From positions 11,347 to 75,346 of IMG/VR virus record IMGVR_UViG_3300037317_000025: a stretch of DNA of 64,000 bases, one strand, 5' to 3'. The notes below the pieces were generated by a model, which had not been told where the DNA came from, did no database searches, and saw only the letters and a program-made list of their open reading frames with translations. A program made the position numbers and the translations under genes. How positions within the stretch are numbered: the first letter of the stretch is position 1; every line of letters begins with the position of its first letter. Positions 35,400 through 44,192 of this stretch are shown here, one piece after another. This DNA comes from a virus.

Positions 35400-36056
35400 A
35401 TGACCATAGACGACCTGCTCACCCGTGTGCGCACGGGAACCAGCACGGAGAACGATGCCCTGATGCTGCAATCGCTGCTGGCGCGTCCTGGATGCATCCT
35501 GTCCGCCGGGGAGATCGCCGACCTCTGCATGAGTGGCACGCCGATGATCGACCCCTACGTGTCCACGAAGGAGAGCCGCCTGAACGGTCGGCGGGTGCCC
35601 TCGTTCGGGCAGGACGAAGTGGGTTGCTCGATCCGTCCTGCCGACGAATGGCAGGTGTGTCAGCCGAACCTGGGACAGTTCACCATCGACGTATGCGAGG
35701 ATGGAGCCAGCAAGGTACTGGTGCCGCACACCGGCCCATACGTTGACATTCCACCCAACTCGTTCGTGCTGGCGCGCAGCATCGAACGCTTCATCATGCC
35801 GCCGGATGTGATTGCGCTGTCCGTTGGCAAGTCCACCTATCTGCGCGTCGGCATCGATGCCCGCATATCGCCACTGGAGCCGGGTTGGGAAGGGCATCTT
35901 ACGTTCGAGATCGCCAACCTAACCCCGTACCCCAGTAGGGTGTATGCAGGCGCGGGTATCACCCAACTTCTTTTCTTGCGCCTGGCGCGGGACGCCCGTC
36001 CGTATGTCGGACGCTACCAGGTTCAGCCCGCCGAGATTATACAGGCGAAGGTATAA
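35400..36056 (+). CDS. dcd: dCTP deaminase
   Basis: IPPNSFVLARSIE, VGKSTYLRVG, PLEPGWEGHLTFEI, GITQLLF. Confidence 0.9.
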   Translation: MTIDDLLTRVRTGTSTENDALMLQSLLARPGCILSAGEIADLCMSGTPMIDPYVSTKESRLNGRRVPSFGQDEVGCSIRPADEWQVCQPNLGQFTIDVCEDGASKVLVPHTGPYVDIPPNSFVLARSIERFIMPPDVIALSVGKSTYLRVGIDARISPLEPGWEGHLTFEIANLTPYPSRVYAGAGITQLLFLRLARDARPYVGRYQVQPAEIIQAKV

Positions 36057-36065
36057 GGAGCCGCC

Positions 36066-36278
36066 GTGTCTCACCTTGTTACCAGCAACGAATCACAGGC
36101 GATCAACGAAATCATCACCGTGTTAGCCGAAGCGCTCATTGCGCGCCGTGAACAGCGCAACCGCACGGCGACCTTGCTGGCCGAACTCGCCAGTCAACAG
36201 GACGCGACGGGGTGGCACGCCTGCCGTTCTGGATTGCGCGACGAGATCAGAGAATTACTAGAGGAGGTTATATCATGA
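36066..36278 (+). CDS. hypothetical protein
   Basis: SD AAGGAG. Confidence 0.5.
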   Translation: MSHLVTSNESQAINEIITVLAEALIARREQRNRTATLLAELASQQDATGWHACRSGLRDEIRELLEEVIS

Positions 36279-37288
36279 GTAGTTTGCAGGTTTCTGTTGC
36301 CCTGATAGACCAGGTATTACCACACCCGAACGCGGACAGGCTGGAGATTGCCCATGTCCTGGGCTGGCAGTGTGTGGTGCCAAAGGGCAAACACAAGGAA
36401 GGCGAGAAAGTCGTCTACTTCCCGCCTGACACCGTGCTACCGGAAGACGTATCGGACAGGTTCGGTGTGACGAAGTATCTGAGCAAGGGGCGCATCCGCT
36501 GCGCGAAACTCCGGGGCGAACCATCCTTCGGCCTGGTCGTTGAGCCTGATGCTGATTGGCAGGTGGGCGCGAACGTAGCAGACGCCTATGGTGCTACGAA
36601 GTACGAGCCGCCCGTCCAGGTCACTGCCGGGGATGCGGCTCCCGATCACCCTCTCTTTGTGAGGTACACCGACATTGAGAACATGCGCAACTTTCCCGAC
36701 ATACTCGTTCCTGGTGAGCCCGTGGTCGTAACCGAGAAGATTCACGGCACGCAATGCCGGGTCGGGATGATCGAGGGTGTAAAAATGGCAGGCAGCAAGG
36801 GACTGCGCCGGAAAGAGCCAGAGAGTTACGTCAGCAGCACCTACTGGTATCCCTGGACGCTGTCAGGGGTGCAAGGGATGTTGGCATGGTTGAACAGCCA
36901 GCATCGGCAGGTCATCCTGTTTGGGGAGGTGTTTGGCAAGAAGATGCAGAGCCTCGCCTACGGGCAGCAGGGGCTTGCGTTCCGTGCCTTCGATCTGCTG
37001 GCCAATGGGCAGTACATGGACTATCTGGACTTTCGCACGCTCTGCGAGGAGTATGGGGTGCCAATGGTGCCGGTGTTACACGAAGGCAGTTTCTCGCTCC
37101 AGTCTGTTCGCCACGCCAGTGGCGGCAAGACGACGCTGATGGACGATAACGCACATATCCGTGAGGGCGTGGTGGTGAAGCCATTCAAAGAGCGCACCCA
37201 CCCCGCTATCGGGCGCGTTATTTTGAAATATGTGAGCGACGAGTACCTGTTTGGTGCTGTTGCCGATGATGAGGTAAATGAACTATGA
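36275..37288 (+). CDS. ATP-dependent RNA ligase (DRB0094-like family)
   Basis: HPNADRLE OB-like N-terminus, TEKIHGT (motif I), FGEVFG, FDL, EGVVVK, LKYVS. Confidence 0.88.
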   Translation: MSSLQVSVALIDQVLPHPNADRLEIAHVLGWQCVVPKGKHKEGEKVVYFPPDTVLPEDVSDRFGVTKYLSKGRIRCAKLRGEPSFGLVVEPDADWQVGANVADAYGATKYEPPVQVTAGDAAPDHPLFVRYTDIENMRNFPDILVPGEPVVVTEKIHGTQCRVGMIEGVKMAGSKGLRRKEPESYVSSTYWYPWTLSGVQGMLAWLNSQHRQVILFGEVFGKKMQSLAYGQQGLAFRAFDLLANGQYMDYLDFRTLCEEYGVPMVPVLHEGSFSLQSVRHASGGKTTLMDDNAHIREGVVVKPFKERTHPAIGRVILKYVSDEYLFGAVADDEVNEL

Positions 37289-38406
37289 AACTCTCAGCCC
37301 TACAAGAAAACCTGAAGCACGCCCTGGCTACGGTGTCGCACGCCGTTGCCAGTAAAAGCCCGCTACCCGTCCTGTCAAACGTGCTGCTCCAGGCAGACGA
37401 GCACGGCCTGCACGTCGCTGCTACCGACCTGGAAATCGGCATGCGCCGCACCGTCCCGGCACAGGTTGAAGTCCACGGTAGCACCACCCTGCCCGCAAAA
37501 CTATCCTCCGACGTGATCAATGGCCTGCCCAACGACAAGGTAACGCTCACCCTGGACACGGATACACAGACAGTCAAAGTGGAATGCGCCCGCTCAACCA
37601 GCAATATTCACGGGATTGCCGCTGAGGACTACCCGAAGCTGCCAGAAATGGCAAACCAGCAGGGCAGCGTCACCTTGCCCGCGCCAACCCTGAAGCGAGC
37701 GATTGAGCAGGTGGCGTTTGCCGCAGCGAAGGACGAATCGCGCCCGGTGCTGGCTGGTGTGCTGGTGCGACTGAATGGCGACTGCATGACCCTGGCTGCC
37801 GCTGACGGGTTCCGGTTGGCGGTTAAGAAGATTGTCCTGCCCGAAGTGGTTACGGATGATCAGGTTGAGGTCATCATTCCCGCTCGCGCCCTGGACAACC
37901 TGGCACGGGTGCTGGGTGACGGCGACGTGACGCTCACCTGGAACGCCTTCACCCTACAGGCCACAACCGACGCAGCCGTGCTCTACAGCCGCCTGATCGA
38001 CGGCAAATTCCCCGACTTCGAGCGTATCATCCCGCAGCAGCACACGACCCGCAGCGTGCTCGACGTGAAGGCGTTCCAACGAGCGCTGAAGCTGGCAACC
38101 CTGTTCGCCAGCGCCAGCCAGAATATTGTCAAGATCACGGTTGAACCCGGCAGTGACGAACCGGGTAAGCTGGTGCTTTCAGCGAACGCCGCCGAGGTGG
38201 GCGACAACGCCGGTGAAGTTGAGGCGATGGTCGAAGGCGACGGCGGGCAGATCGCGGTCAACTGCAAGTTCCTGGCCGACGCGCTGGCGGCGATGGGCAC
38301 CGCGCAGGTGACGTTTGAACAACAGACCGCGCAGAACCCCGGCGTGCTTAAGCCGGTGGGCGAGGATGATTATGTGCATGTCGTTATGCCGATGACGATT
38401 CGGTAG
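37285..38406 (+). CDS. dnaN: DNA polymerase III beta sliding clamp
   Basis: LPVLSNVLL, ATDLEIG, RPVLAGV, AADGFRL, SRLIDGKFPDFERIIP, VVMPM. Confidence 0.96.
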   Translation: MKLSALQENLKHALATVSHAVASKSPLPVLSNVLLQADEHGLHVAATDLEIGMRRTVPAQVEVHGSTTLPAKLSSDVINGLPNDKVTLTLDTDTQTVKVECARSTSNIHGIAAEDYPKLPEMANQQGSVTLPAPTLKRAIEQVAFAAAKDESRPVLAGVLVRLNGDCMTLAAADGFRLAVKKIVLPEVVTDDQVEVIIPARALDNLARVLGDGDVTLTWNAFTLQATTDAAVLYSRLIDGKFPDFERIIPQQHTTRSVLDVKAFQRALKLATLFASASQNIVKITVEPGSDEPGKLVLSANAAEVGDNAGEVEAMVEGDGGQIAVNCKFLADALAAMGTAQVTFEQQTAQNPGVLKPVGEDDYVHVVMPMTIR

Positions 38407-38430
38407 CGACGGCACGTAAGGTAACACAAA

Positions 38431-38465
38431 GCCCCTGGTGCGATGCCCGGGGTTTTACTTTTTTT
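38431..38465 (+). terminator. intrinsic terminator after dnaN
   Basis: GCCCCTGG...CCCGGGGT hairpin followed by a T-run. Confidence 0.7.
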
Positions 38466-38518
38466 GCCCTACTAAACTGCCGCTCCTGCGCCGCTTTAAA
38501 GAAATTGTCCTGCGTTCA

Positions 38519-38548
38519 CTTGACAACCTCTTGACAAAACCGTATGAT
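38519..38548 (+). promoter_or_regulatory. par operon promoter TTGACA-17-TATGAT with an 11-bp-spaced direct repeat CTTGACAA
   Basis: hexamers at 38520 and 38543; repeat copies at 38519 and 38530. Confidence 0.7.
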
Positions 38549-38582
38549 ACGAACAGCGTTCTATCAATAAAGGGGAGGGTTT

Positions 38583-39557
38583 ATGTTGGTACACGGCTTG
38601 AATGTCGGCCACGGATTTACCAAGTACGTGATATTGAACAAAGACGGGAGCGAGCACTGTTCGCTGGTGTTCCCATCGGCAATTGCCCACGCTGCGCCAG
38701 AACTGGCGGGCGCGATTGACAACGCGACGGTTACGGAACACGACGGGCAACAGTTCTGGACAGGTGAAGATGTGGAGATCGGATCGCCATTGACCGACCT
38801 GTCTGTCGGGCGACTCGAAGATGGCCGCTTTATCCCCGTGCTGGTACGCAGTGCATTGCAACGTGCCAGCCTGAACGGTGCTGGTCCAGGCGTGTGCGTG
38901 ACCGGGTTACCTGCGAACCAGGCCGAGGATATGGGCAAAGCCCAGGCGCTCGGTGCCCGCTTGCGCGAAGGCTCGGACAAGTTCACAGAGATTCGGGTGA
39001 TCGCAGAGCCGCTCGGCTTGCTCTATTCCGCCCTACTCAACAGCACGGGGGCGGTCGTTGGCGATGAGGCGCTGGCGTCCGGGCGCGTGGGCGTCGTGGA
39101 TATGGGGCATCTCACAATAGACGTGAGTGAGGTGCTGTGCAGGCGTCCGGTGAGTGGGTCACTGGACACCTGGGACATCGGCACAAGCAATCCACTAAGC
39201 GCATTGCGAAGCCTCCTCAGCAACTTCTCGCAGCGCAACCTGACGCTGCACGAAGCCGATCAAGCCATCCGCGAGAAAGCACTGAGGATACGTGGGCAAC
39301 GGGTGACGTTGCCGGACGGATGGGACACGCCCCTATTGCGGCACGGCGAAACGGTGGCCGCCCGCCTGACCGAACGTTGGAGAAATGGCGCTCACCTGGA
39401 CATTATTTTGATCGGCGGTGGCGGGGCGGAATTACCGCAACTAACCGACGCAATCCAGCGCAAGTTTCCGCACGCTACCGTGGTCGCAGAGCCGCAAATG
39501 GCCGTTGCACGTGGCTATGCGTATCTGGCGCAGCGCATAGCAAAGGCGGGCAAATGA
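38583..39557 (+). CDS. ParM/StbA actin-like partition ATPase
   Basis: GLNVGHGFTK, VTGLP, VIAEP, VVDMGHLTID, IGGGGA, PQMAVARG. Confidence 0.85.
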   Translation: MLVHGLNVGHGFTKYVILNKDGSEHCSLVFPSAIAHAAPELAGAIDNATVTEHDGQQFWTGEDVEIGSPLTDLSVGRLEDGRFIPVLVRSALQRASLNGAGPGVCVTGLPANQAEDMGKAQALGARLREGSDKFTEIRVIAEPLGLLYSALLNSTGAVVGDEALASGRVGVVDMGHLTIDVSEVLCRRPVSGSLDTWDIGTSNPLSALRSLLSNFSQRNLTLHEADQAIREKALRIRGQRVTLPDGWDTPLLRHGETVAARLTERWRNGAHLDIILIGGGGAELPQLTDAIQRKFPHATVVAEPQMAVARGYAYLAQRIAKAGK

Positions 39558-39859
39558 CAAAGGGGACGGTCTATGTGCGCATGACCGAGGCAATGCGTGC
39601 TGACCTGGAAAAGCACGGGCAATTGTCGGACGTGGTGCGCGGGGTGTTGCTGCTGGGCCTGCGCCAGATAGGTGAGGACATCTCGCCGCATCAGGGCGAT
39701 CTGTACAACTCGCTCGCAGACTCCACGCTTTCCGACGCATTGCGCCGGGAACTGACAACCCTGGCACAAACACCGCAACCGCAACCGCAGCAGGCACCGC
39801 CGCCCGCGCCCGCGAGCGACGACGGTGACGATTTTTGGGACGTAGGAATTAGCGTATAA
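39554..39859 (+). CDS. putative ParR-like ribbon-helix-helix adaptor
   Basis: TVYVRMTEAMRADLEK..QLSDVVRGVL; small gene coupled to parM; disordered acidic tail. Confidence 0.55.
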   Translation: MTKGTVYVRMTEAMRADLEKHGQLSDVVRGVLLLGLRQIGEDISPHQGDLYNSLADSTLSDALRRELTTLAQTPQPQPQQAPPPAPASDDGDDFWDVGISV

Positions 39860-39971
39860 TGGGCAGCGAATAATCAGGGCAACCCCTGGTGTGGTCGGAC
39901 ACACCAGGCGCGAGGAACACCACAGGACTGTTCCCGGTTGCCCAGCACACAGCATACCACAGGAGGCAATC

Positions 39972-40586
39972 ATGAAGCATACACAGGCGCAGGAACGCGC
40001 CATCTACTTCTTTCGCGCTCTGGCCGAGCGCACGGGCGCGAACTGGACGGACGCAAACAGCCAGGACGTAGCCGACTGGATCACGATTATGGAACGCGAG
40101 ATCGCCAGCAAGGTGGCACGTTCCATCGCACATAGTTTAACGCAGTCGCTCACCAATTTGTCACACGGCGGCGGCGATCTCCCTACGTTTAGCGACGCCG
40201 CACGACAGCAACCGGCGCAGAGTGACACACTTGACGAACTGCGTTCGATGCTGTTAGAACGCGACGGAACGCCTGCTGAGCCGGAACCTGAACCGCCTGC
40301 ACAGCCTGCTGCTGTCACACAGCCGTTGCCCGTCCAACAGCAGACGCAGCGCTGGGACGTGCGCAGCACGAACGACATGCATCGCCTGGTGCAAGAAGTA
40401 ACAGAAGCCCGTCGCGCCCTGCGCGAATATCGGGAAGGTGAACAACCGAACCCGAATGTCGAGCGCGGCCTGACTCGACTGGTAGAAGTTGCCGAGCGGG
40501 AACTGCACGACTACCAGCAGGCACGCGAAGCCCTGCTCGGTAGCACCTACGCCACGAACTATGCACAGGAGGCGCAACGTGGATGA
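39972..40586 (+). CDS. hypothetical protein
   Basis: SD AGGAGG. Confidence 0.6.
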   Translation: MKHTQAQERAIYFFRALAERTGANWTDANSQDVADWITIMEREIASKVARSIAHSLTQSLTNLSHGGGDLPTFSDAARQQPAQSDTLDELRSMLLERDGTPAEPEPEPPAQPAAVTQPLPVQQQTQRWDVRSTNDMHRLVQEVTEARRALREYREGEQPNPNVERGLTRLVEVAERELHDYQQAREALLGSTYATNYAQEAQRG

Positions 40587-41757
40587 TTACCGCTACTATG
40601 AGCTTGCAGAGCGCTATCGGCTCTATGTGGCCTCGCGTCGCATGCTGACGGTACGCGACCTGCTGATCTTGTTTGTGTTGCTGTTCCTATTGTTGCAACA
40701 CGGGAACAGTTTCCTGGCAAGTGTTCGCCCTGTGTTCGTTGGCATCCCCGCGCTGAATACGGCAAATCTGGCCGGGTTGTTCGCTGTTCCTGGGGGCGGT
40801 GTTCAGCGCGATATAACAGTCAAAGTAGACGGCGAGCCAGTCGGAACAGGAACACCGCCAACCGCAGGCGACTACACCCTCAAGGCTGCGCCCAGCCTCA
40901 CGCCGGAGCAGATCGACACCATCCTGGCCGACGCAGGCTCGCCTGCCGAGGGCACCGGGCGCATCTGGCACGAGGAAGGAGTGAAGCGCGGCATTGACCC
41001 GGCGTTCGCCATCGCGTTCTTTATCCACGAGAGCAGCGCCGCCACGAACCCCGCTTGGGCCGGATGGAAGCCCGACGGCACCCACACGCATAATGTGGGC
41101 AATATCATCTGCGCGGGCTATCCAACCTGTTACGGACGTTTCCGTGATTATCCCTCGTGGCAGGCAGGTATTGCCGACTGGTATCGCCTGATTGATGACG
41201 AATATATTCAGGAGCGCGGCACCACCACCGTGGCGGAGATTATCCCGGTCTATGCACCTGCCTTCGAGAACGACGTTGATCTGTATGTCAAAACGGTTGA
41301 ACGACTGGTCGATGGGTGGCGCGGTGGTGGTGAGCGACCTACTGGTTCGCCGCTCGGCGTTGCGCCTGTCGTGCTCACACAGGGCTACGCCGTGGGCACC
41401 CACGCGCCCGCTGCGACGTGGGGCGCAATTGACCTGGCCGTCGCGGGCGGGCCGGGTGCCACGCACGGGCAACCGATCTATGCGACCCACGCCGGAACCG
41501 TCACTATCACGCCCGATTCCTGGCCGGGTGGCAATCATGTCTGGGTGATGGGTGAAACCTACAGGACAGGCTACGCACACCTGGCGAGCTTTGTGGTGCA
41601 GGATGGGCAGGCGGTGCAGGCAGGCGCACAGATCGGCACCGTCGGCAGCACCGGCAAATCAAGCGGCCCGCACCTGGATTATCAAGTCTGGCAACGGCAG
41701 GGCGGGCAGTGGGTGAATGTCAACCCGTTGGATTATGGCGCACTGGAGGTAAGATGA
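40579..41757 (+). CDS. membrane-anchored peptidoglycan hydrolase (lysozyme/glucosaminidase-like plus M23 peptidase)
   Basis: N-terminal TM; GIDPAFAIAFFIHES...HNVGNI; H...AIDLA, YAHL, GSTGKSSGPHLDY. Confidence 0.85.
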   Translation: MDDYRYYELAERYRLYVASRRMLTVRDLLILFVLLFLLLQHGNSFLASVRPVFVGIPALNTANLAGLFAVPGGGVQRDITVKVDGEPVGTGTPPTAGDYTLKAAPSLTPEQIDTILADAGSPAEGTGRIWHEEGVKRGIDPAFAIAFFIHESSAATNPAWAGWKPDGTHTHNVGNIICAGYPTCYGRFRDYPSWQAGIADWYRLIDDEYIQERGTTTVAEIIPVYAPAFENDVDLYVKTVERLVDGWRGGGERPTGSPLGVAPVVLTQGYAVGTHAPAATWGAIDLAVAGGPGATHGQPIYATHAGTVTITPDSWPGGNHVWVMGETYRTGYAHLASFVVQDGQAVQAGAQIGTVGSTGKSSGPHLDYQVWQRQGGQWVNVNPLDYGALEVR

Positions 41758-42554
41758 TGCAGGATTTTGAACTGGCCCGTGCCGAACAGCAGCAGTCGCG
41801 ACACTACGCCCTGTTCGCGGGTACATTGGCACTGTCACTGGTGGGCTTGATCGCAATGGCGATGTCGGCCCTGCACTGGTGGCGGGTGCAATCGCACCTG
41901 ACCAGCGACCCCATGATGGCAGCAACCTTCACAGCGATTATGGTGATTGCGCCGCCAGTGCTCACCGCGTTTGTCATCCCCTGGTCACCCGGCGGGATGC
42001 TACTCCAGAAGATCAACGCGCAGACCTGGGGCTTCTGGGTCATTGTGGCCTGCGCCGTGTTCCTGGTGCTCTATTCGTATGATACCCAGGTGCGCTGGTG
42101 GTCGGCACAACCCACTGTAGCCGAGGCAGGGGTCGCATGGCAGCAGGCACTTGTGGGGGTGGTTGGCTATATTATTATCCCCGCGCTGCTCTGGACACCC
42201 GTCACCTCTGGAGAACTGGTAGAACGCATTCAGCAAGATCGCCTGGTGCGCAACCTCAAGCTGCAACTGAACGGCGAGGAAGCCATCCTGCGGGCGCGGC
42301 TCTTGCAAATCCAGCAGTACACACTTCACCAGGGAGCGCAGATGTTGGCCGAACAGCAGCCTGACGTGCGGGTGGTGCTCAACGAACTGGTGTCGGGAAT
42401 TGACGCGAATATGGCGGAGCTTGGCGGGAGTGTGCATCGCATGAGCGGCGTGATGCTGCCGTACAAGAATATTGGCGACAATGACAGCACCCGCGCTTAT
42501 CTGGACTATGTGGCCGAGGCGCTGGCGGGTCGGCGGAATCTTCTTGACCAATAG
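41754..42554 (+). CDS. multi-pass membrane protein with coiled-coil tail
   Basis: four hydrophobic segments. Confidence 0.7.
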   Translation: MMQDFELARAEQQQSRHYALFAGTLALSLVGLIAMAMSALHWWRVQSHLTSDPMMAATFTAIMVIAPPVLTAFVIPWSPGGMLLQKINAQTWGFWVIVACAVFLVLYSYDTQVRWWSAQPTVAEAGVAWQQALVGVVGYIIIPALLWTPVTSGELVERIQQDRLVRNLKLQLNGEEAILRARLLQIQQYTLHQGAQMLAEQQPDVRVVLNELVSGIDANMAELGGSVHRMSGVMLPYKNIGDNDSTRAYLDYVAEALAGRRNLLDQ

Positions 42555-42584
42555 TGGTATAATCACGAGAAACGAGGTGAATAG

Positions 42585-43055
42585 ATGACGGTTCGTTTTG
42601 CAAGCAGTGTACCAATTGATCGGCGGCGACTGGACACATTTCGGAAGCCGTTCCGTATCCTGTTCGGGGCCGTATTCCTGGGCTATACTGGCTATGCAGT
42701 GGCTTTATGGGTCCACGAGTTCACCGCGCCTGTGGTTGGTCCCGCAGTCGTGTTCTCGATACCGATAACCTACATGCTCGGTTTTTTGGCGGCACTGTTG
42801 ATTATGGTGGCGGAATGGTATCTTGCCGAGTCGCGCTGGTACTGGTACGCCATCCCGTTTATCCCCGATGTCTGGTTCACCTACGATCTCACCGAGTCGT
42901 GGGTACGACTGTTTGTCGATGTTCACATGGCGGGGGAACCAGTGGGGATAATACAGGGCGTGACAGTCGGGGTTTCGCTGCTCATTGCTGTTGTGTCGGC
43001 ACGATTTGGAGAGATTTTATTATTCGGAAAACGCAGGAAGGATGGGCATCCATGA
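42585..43055 (+). CDS. multi-pass membrane protein
   Basis: several hydrophobic segments. Confidence 0.7.
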   Translation: MTVRFASSVPIDRRRLDTFRKPFRILFGAVFLGYTGYAVALWVHEFTAPVVGPAVVFSIPITYMLGFLAALLIMVAEWYLAESRWYWYAIPFIPDVWFTYDLTESWVRLFVDVHMAGEPVGIIQGVTVGVSLLIAVVSARFGEILLFGKRRKDGHP

Positions 43056-44188
43056 CAGACCTTGAGGCATTCATCGGGGTAACGCTTTCGATCCTGGGGT
43101 TCCTGGCCCTGATCGTGGGGTATGGTCGCTTGCTTGACTGGTGGAATATCCGACGCGGCATCGATCCCATAACCGGCGAACCCTTGCACGTACAAACACC
43201 GCCGAAGGATGTCTCGCCATCTGCTCCTGCCTCCACTCCTGTTCGTGTAACTTCGCCCACACCCACCGCGCCACCCATTGAACACATCACACCACTTGCC
43301 ATTGCCCGCAGTGACAACATCCTGATTGTCGGCGGCAAGGGCAGTGGTAAGACCACGCTCCTGCACGCGCTGTTGGCGTTGCGCGCAGGCGATCATCTGG
43401 TATTCGACCCGCACAACTACCCCGGCAAATGGCAGCATCAGGTGGTCGGTGGTGGCGGTGAGTATGAGGAGATACGCCAGTATCTTGATGAAGCGTCCCG
43501 CGAACTCAAACGCCGCCAGCAGCAACTTAACGAGGGGATAGTGACCGAAGGGCAATTCCCGCACCTGACGCTGGTGGCCGACGAATGGCGGGCGATTGTC
43601 CAGGAGCTTGACGGAGCCGGGAAAGAGATCGCCCGGTTGCTGACGCAGGGGCGCAAATTCGGTATCGCGTTCCTCGCGGTGTCACACAACGACACCGTGG
43701 CCTCGCTGGGGGTGGCGGGCGATAAAGAAGCGACGATGGCCTCGTTCGACTGGATCATCTACACGGGGGCGTTCGCGGCAAAACGGTGGCAACAGCGCGG
43801 GATTGACACGCCGAGCTTTACCACACCAACGGGCACCACCTCGCCGCTCTGGGTCGTGGCCCACAACACCGGCTCTGCGACTGACCACCTGCTCGATATG
43901 CGCAACCTGGACAAGTCACAACACAACGCACAGCCTCAGCAACAGGCCATTCTCCTGCCGTCGGTTGCCCTGGAATATACCGCACCTCCGCAGCCTGGCG
44001 CGCCAATCTGGACAGAGCACCACATCAAAGTAGCGCAATGGCTCGCGCAGGAGCCAGAGATCAGCAACCGTGAGATCGCCCGCCGCCTCTGGAATAGCAA
44101 AAGCGGTGGTGGTAACCTGGCAATGCAGGCGGGCGAGATTCGCCGCCAGGTCGAGGCGGCGATAACCGAACCGATCAGCCAGCCCTGA
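43052..44188 (+). CDS. membrane-anchored FtsK/HerA/VirD4-like ATPase with C-terminal HTH
   Basis: N-terminal TM, Walker A GGKGSGKTT, Walker B LVADEW, QGRKFGI, ISNREIARRL. Confidence 0.75.
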   Translation: MTDLEAFIGVTLSILGFLALIVGYGRLLDWWNIRRGIDPITGEPLHVQTPPKDVSPSAPASTPVRVTSPTPTAPPIEHITPLAIARSDNILIVGGKGSGKTTLLHALLALRAGDHLVFDPHNYPGKWQHQVVGGGGEYEEIRQYLDEASRELKRRQQQLNEGIVTEGQFPHLTLVADEWRAIVQELDGAGKEIARLLTQGRKFGIAFLAVSHNDTVASLGVAGDKEATMASFDWIIYTGAFAAKRWQQRGIDTPSFTTPTGTTSPLWVVAHNTGSATDHLLDMRNLDKSQHNAQPQQQAILLPSVALEYTAPPQPGAPIWTEHHIKVAQWLAQEPEISNREIARRLWNSKSGGGNLAMQAGEIRRQVEAAITEPISQP

Positions 44189-44192
44189 CCGC

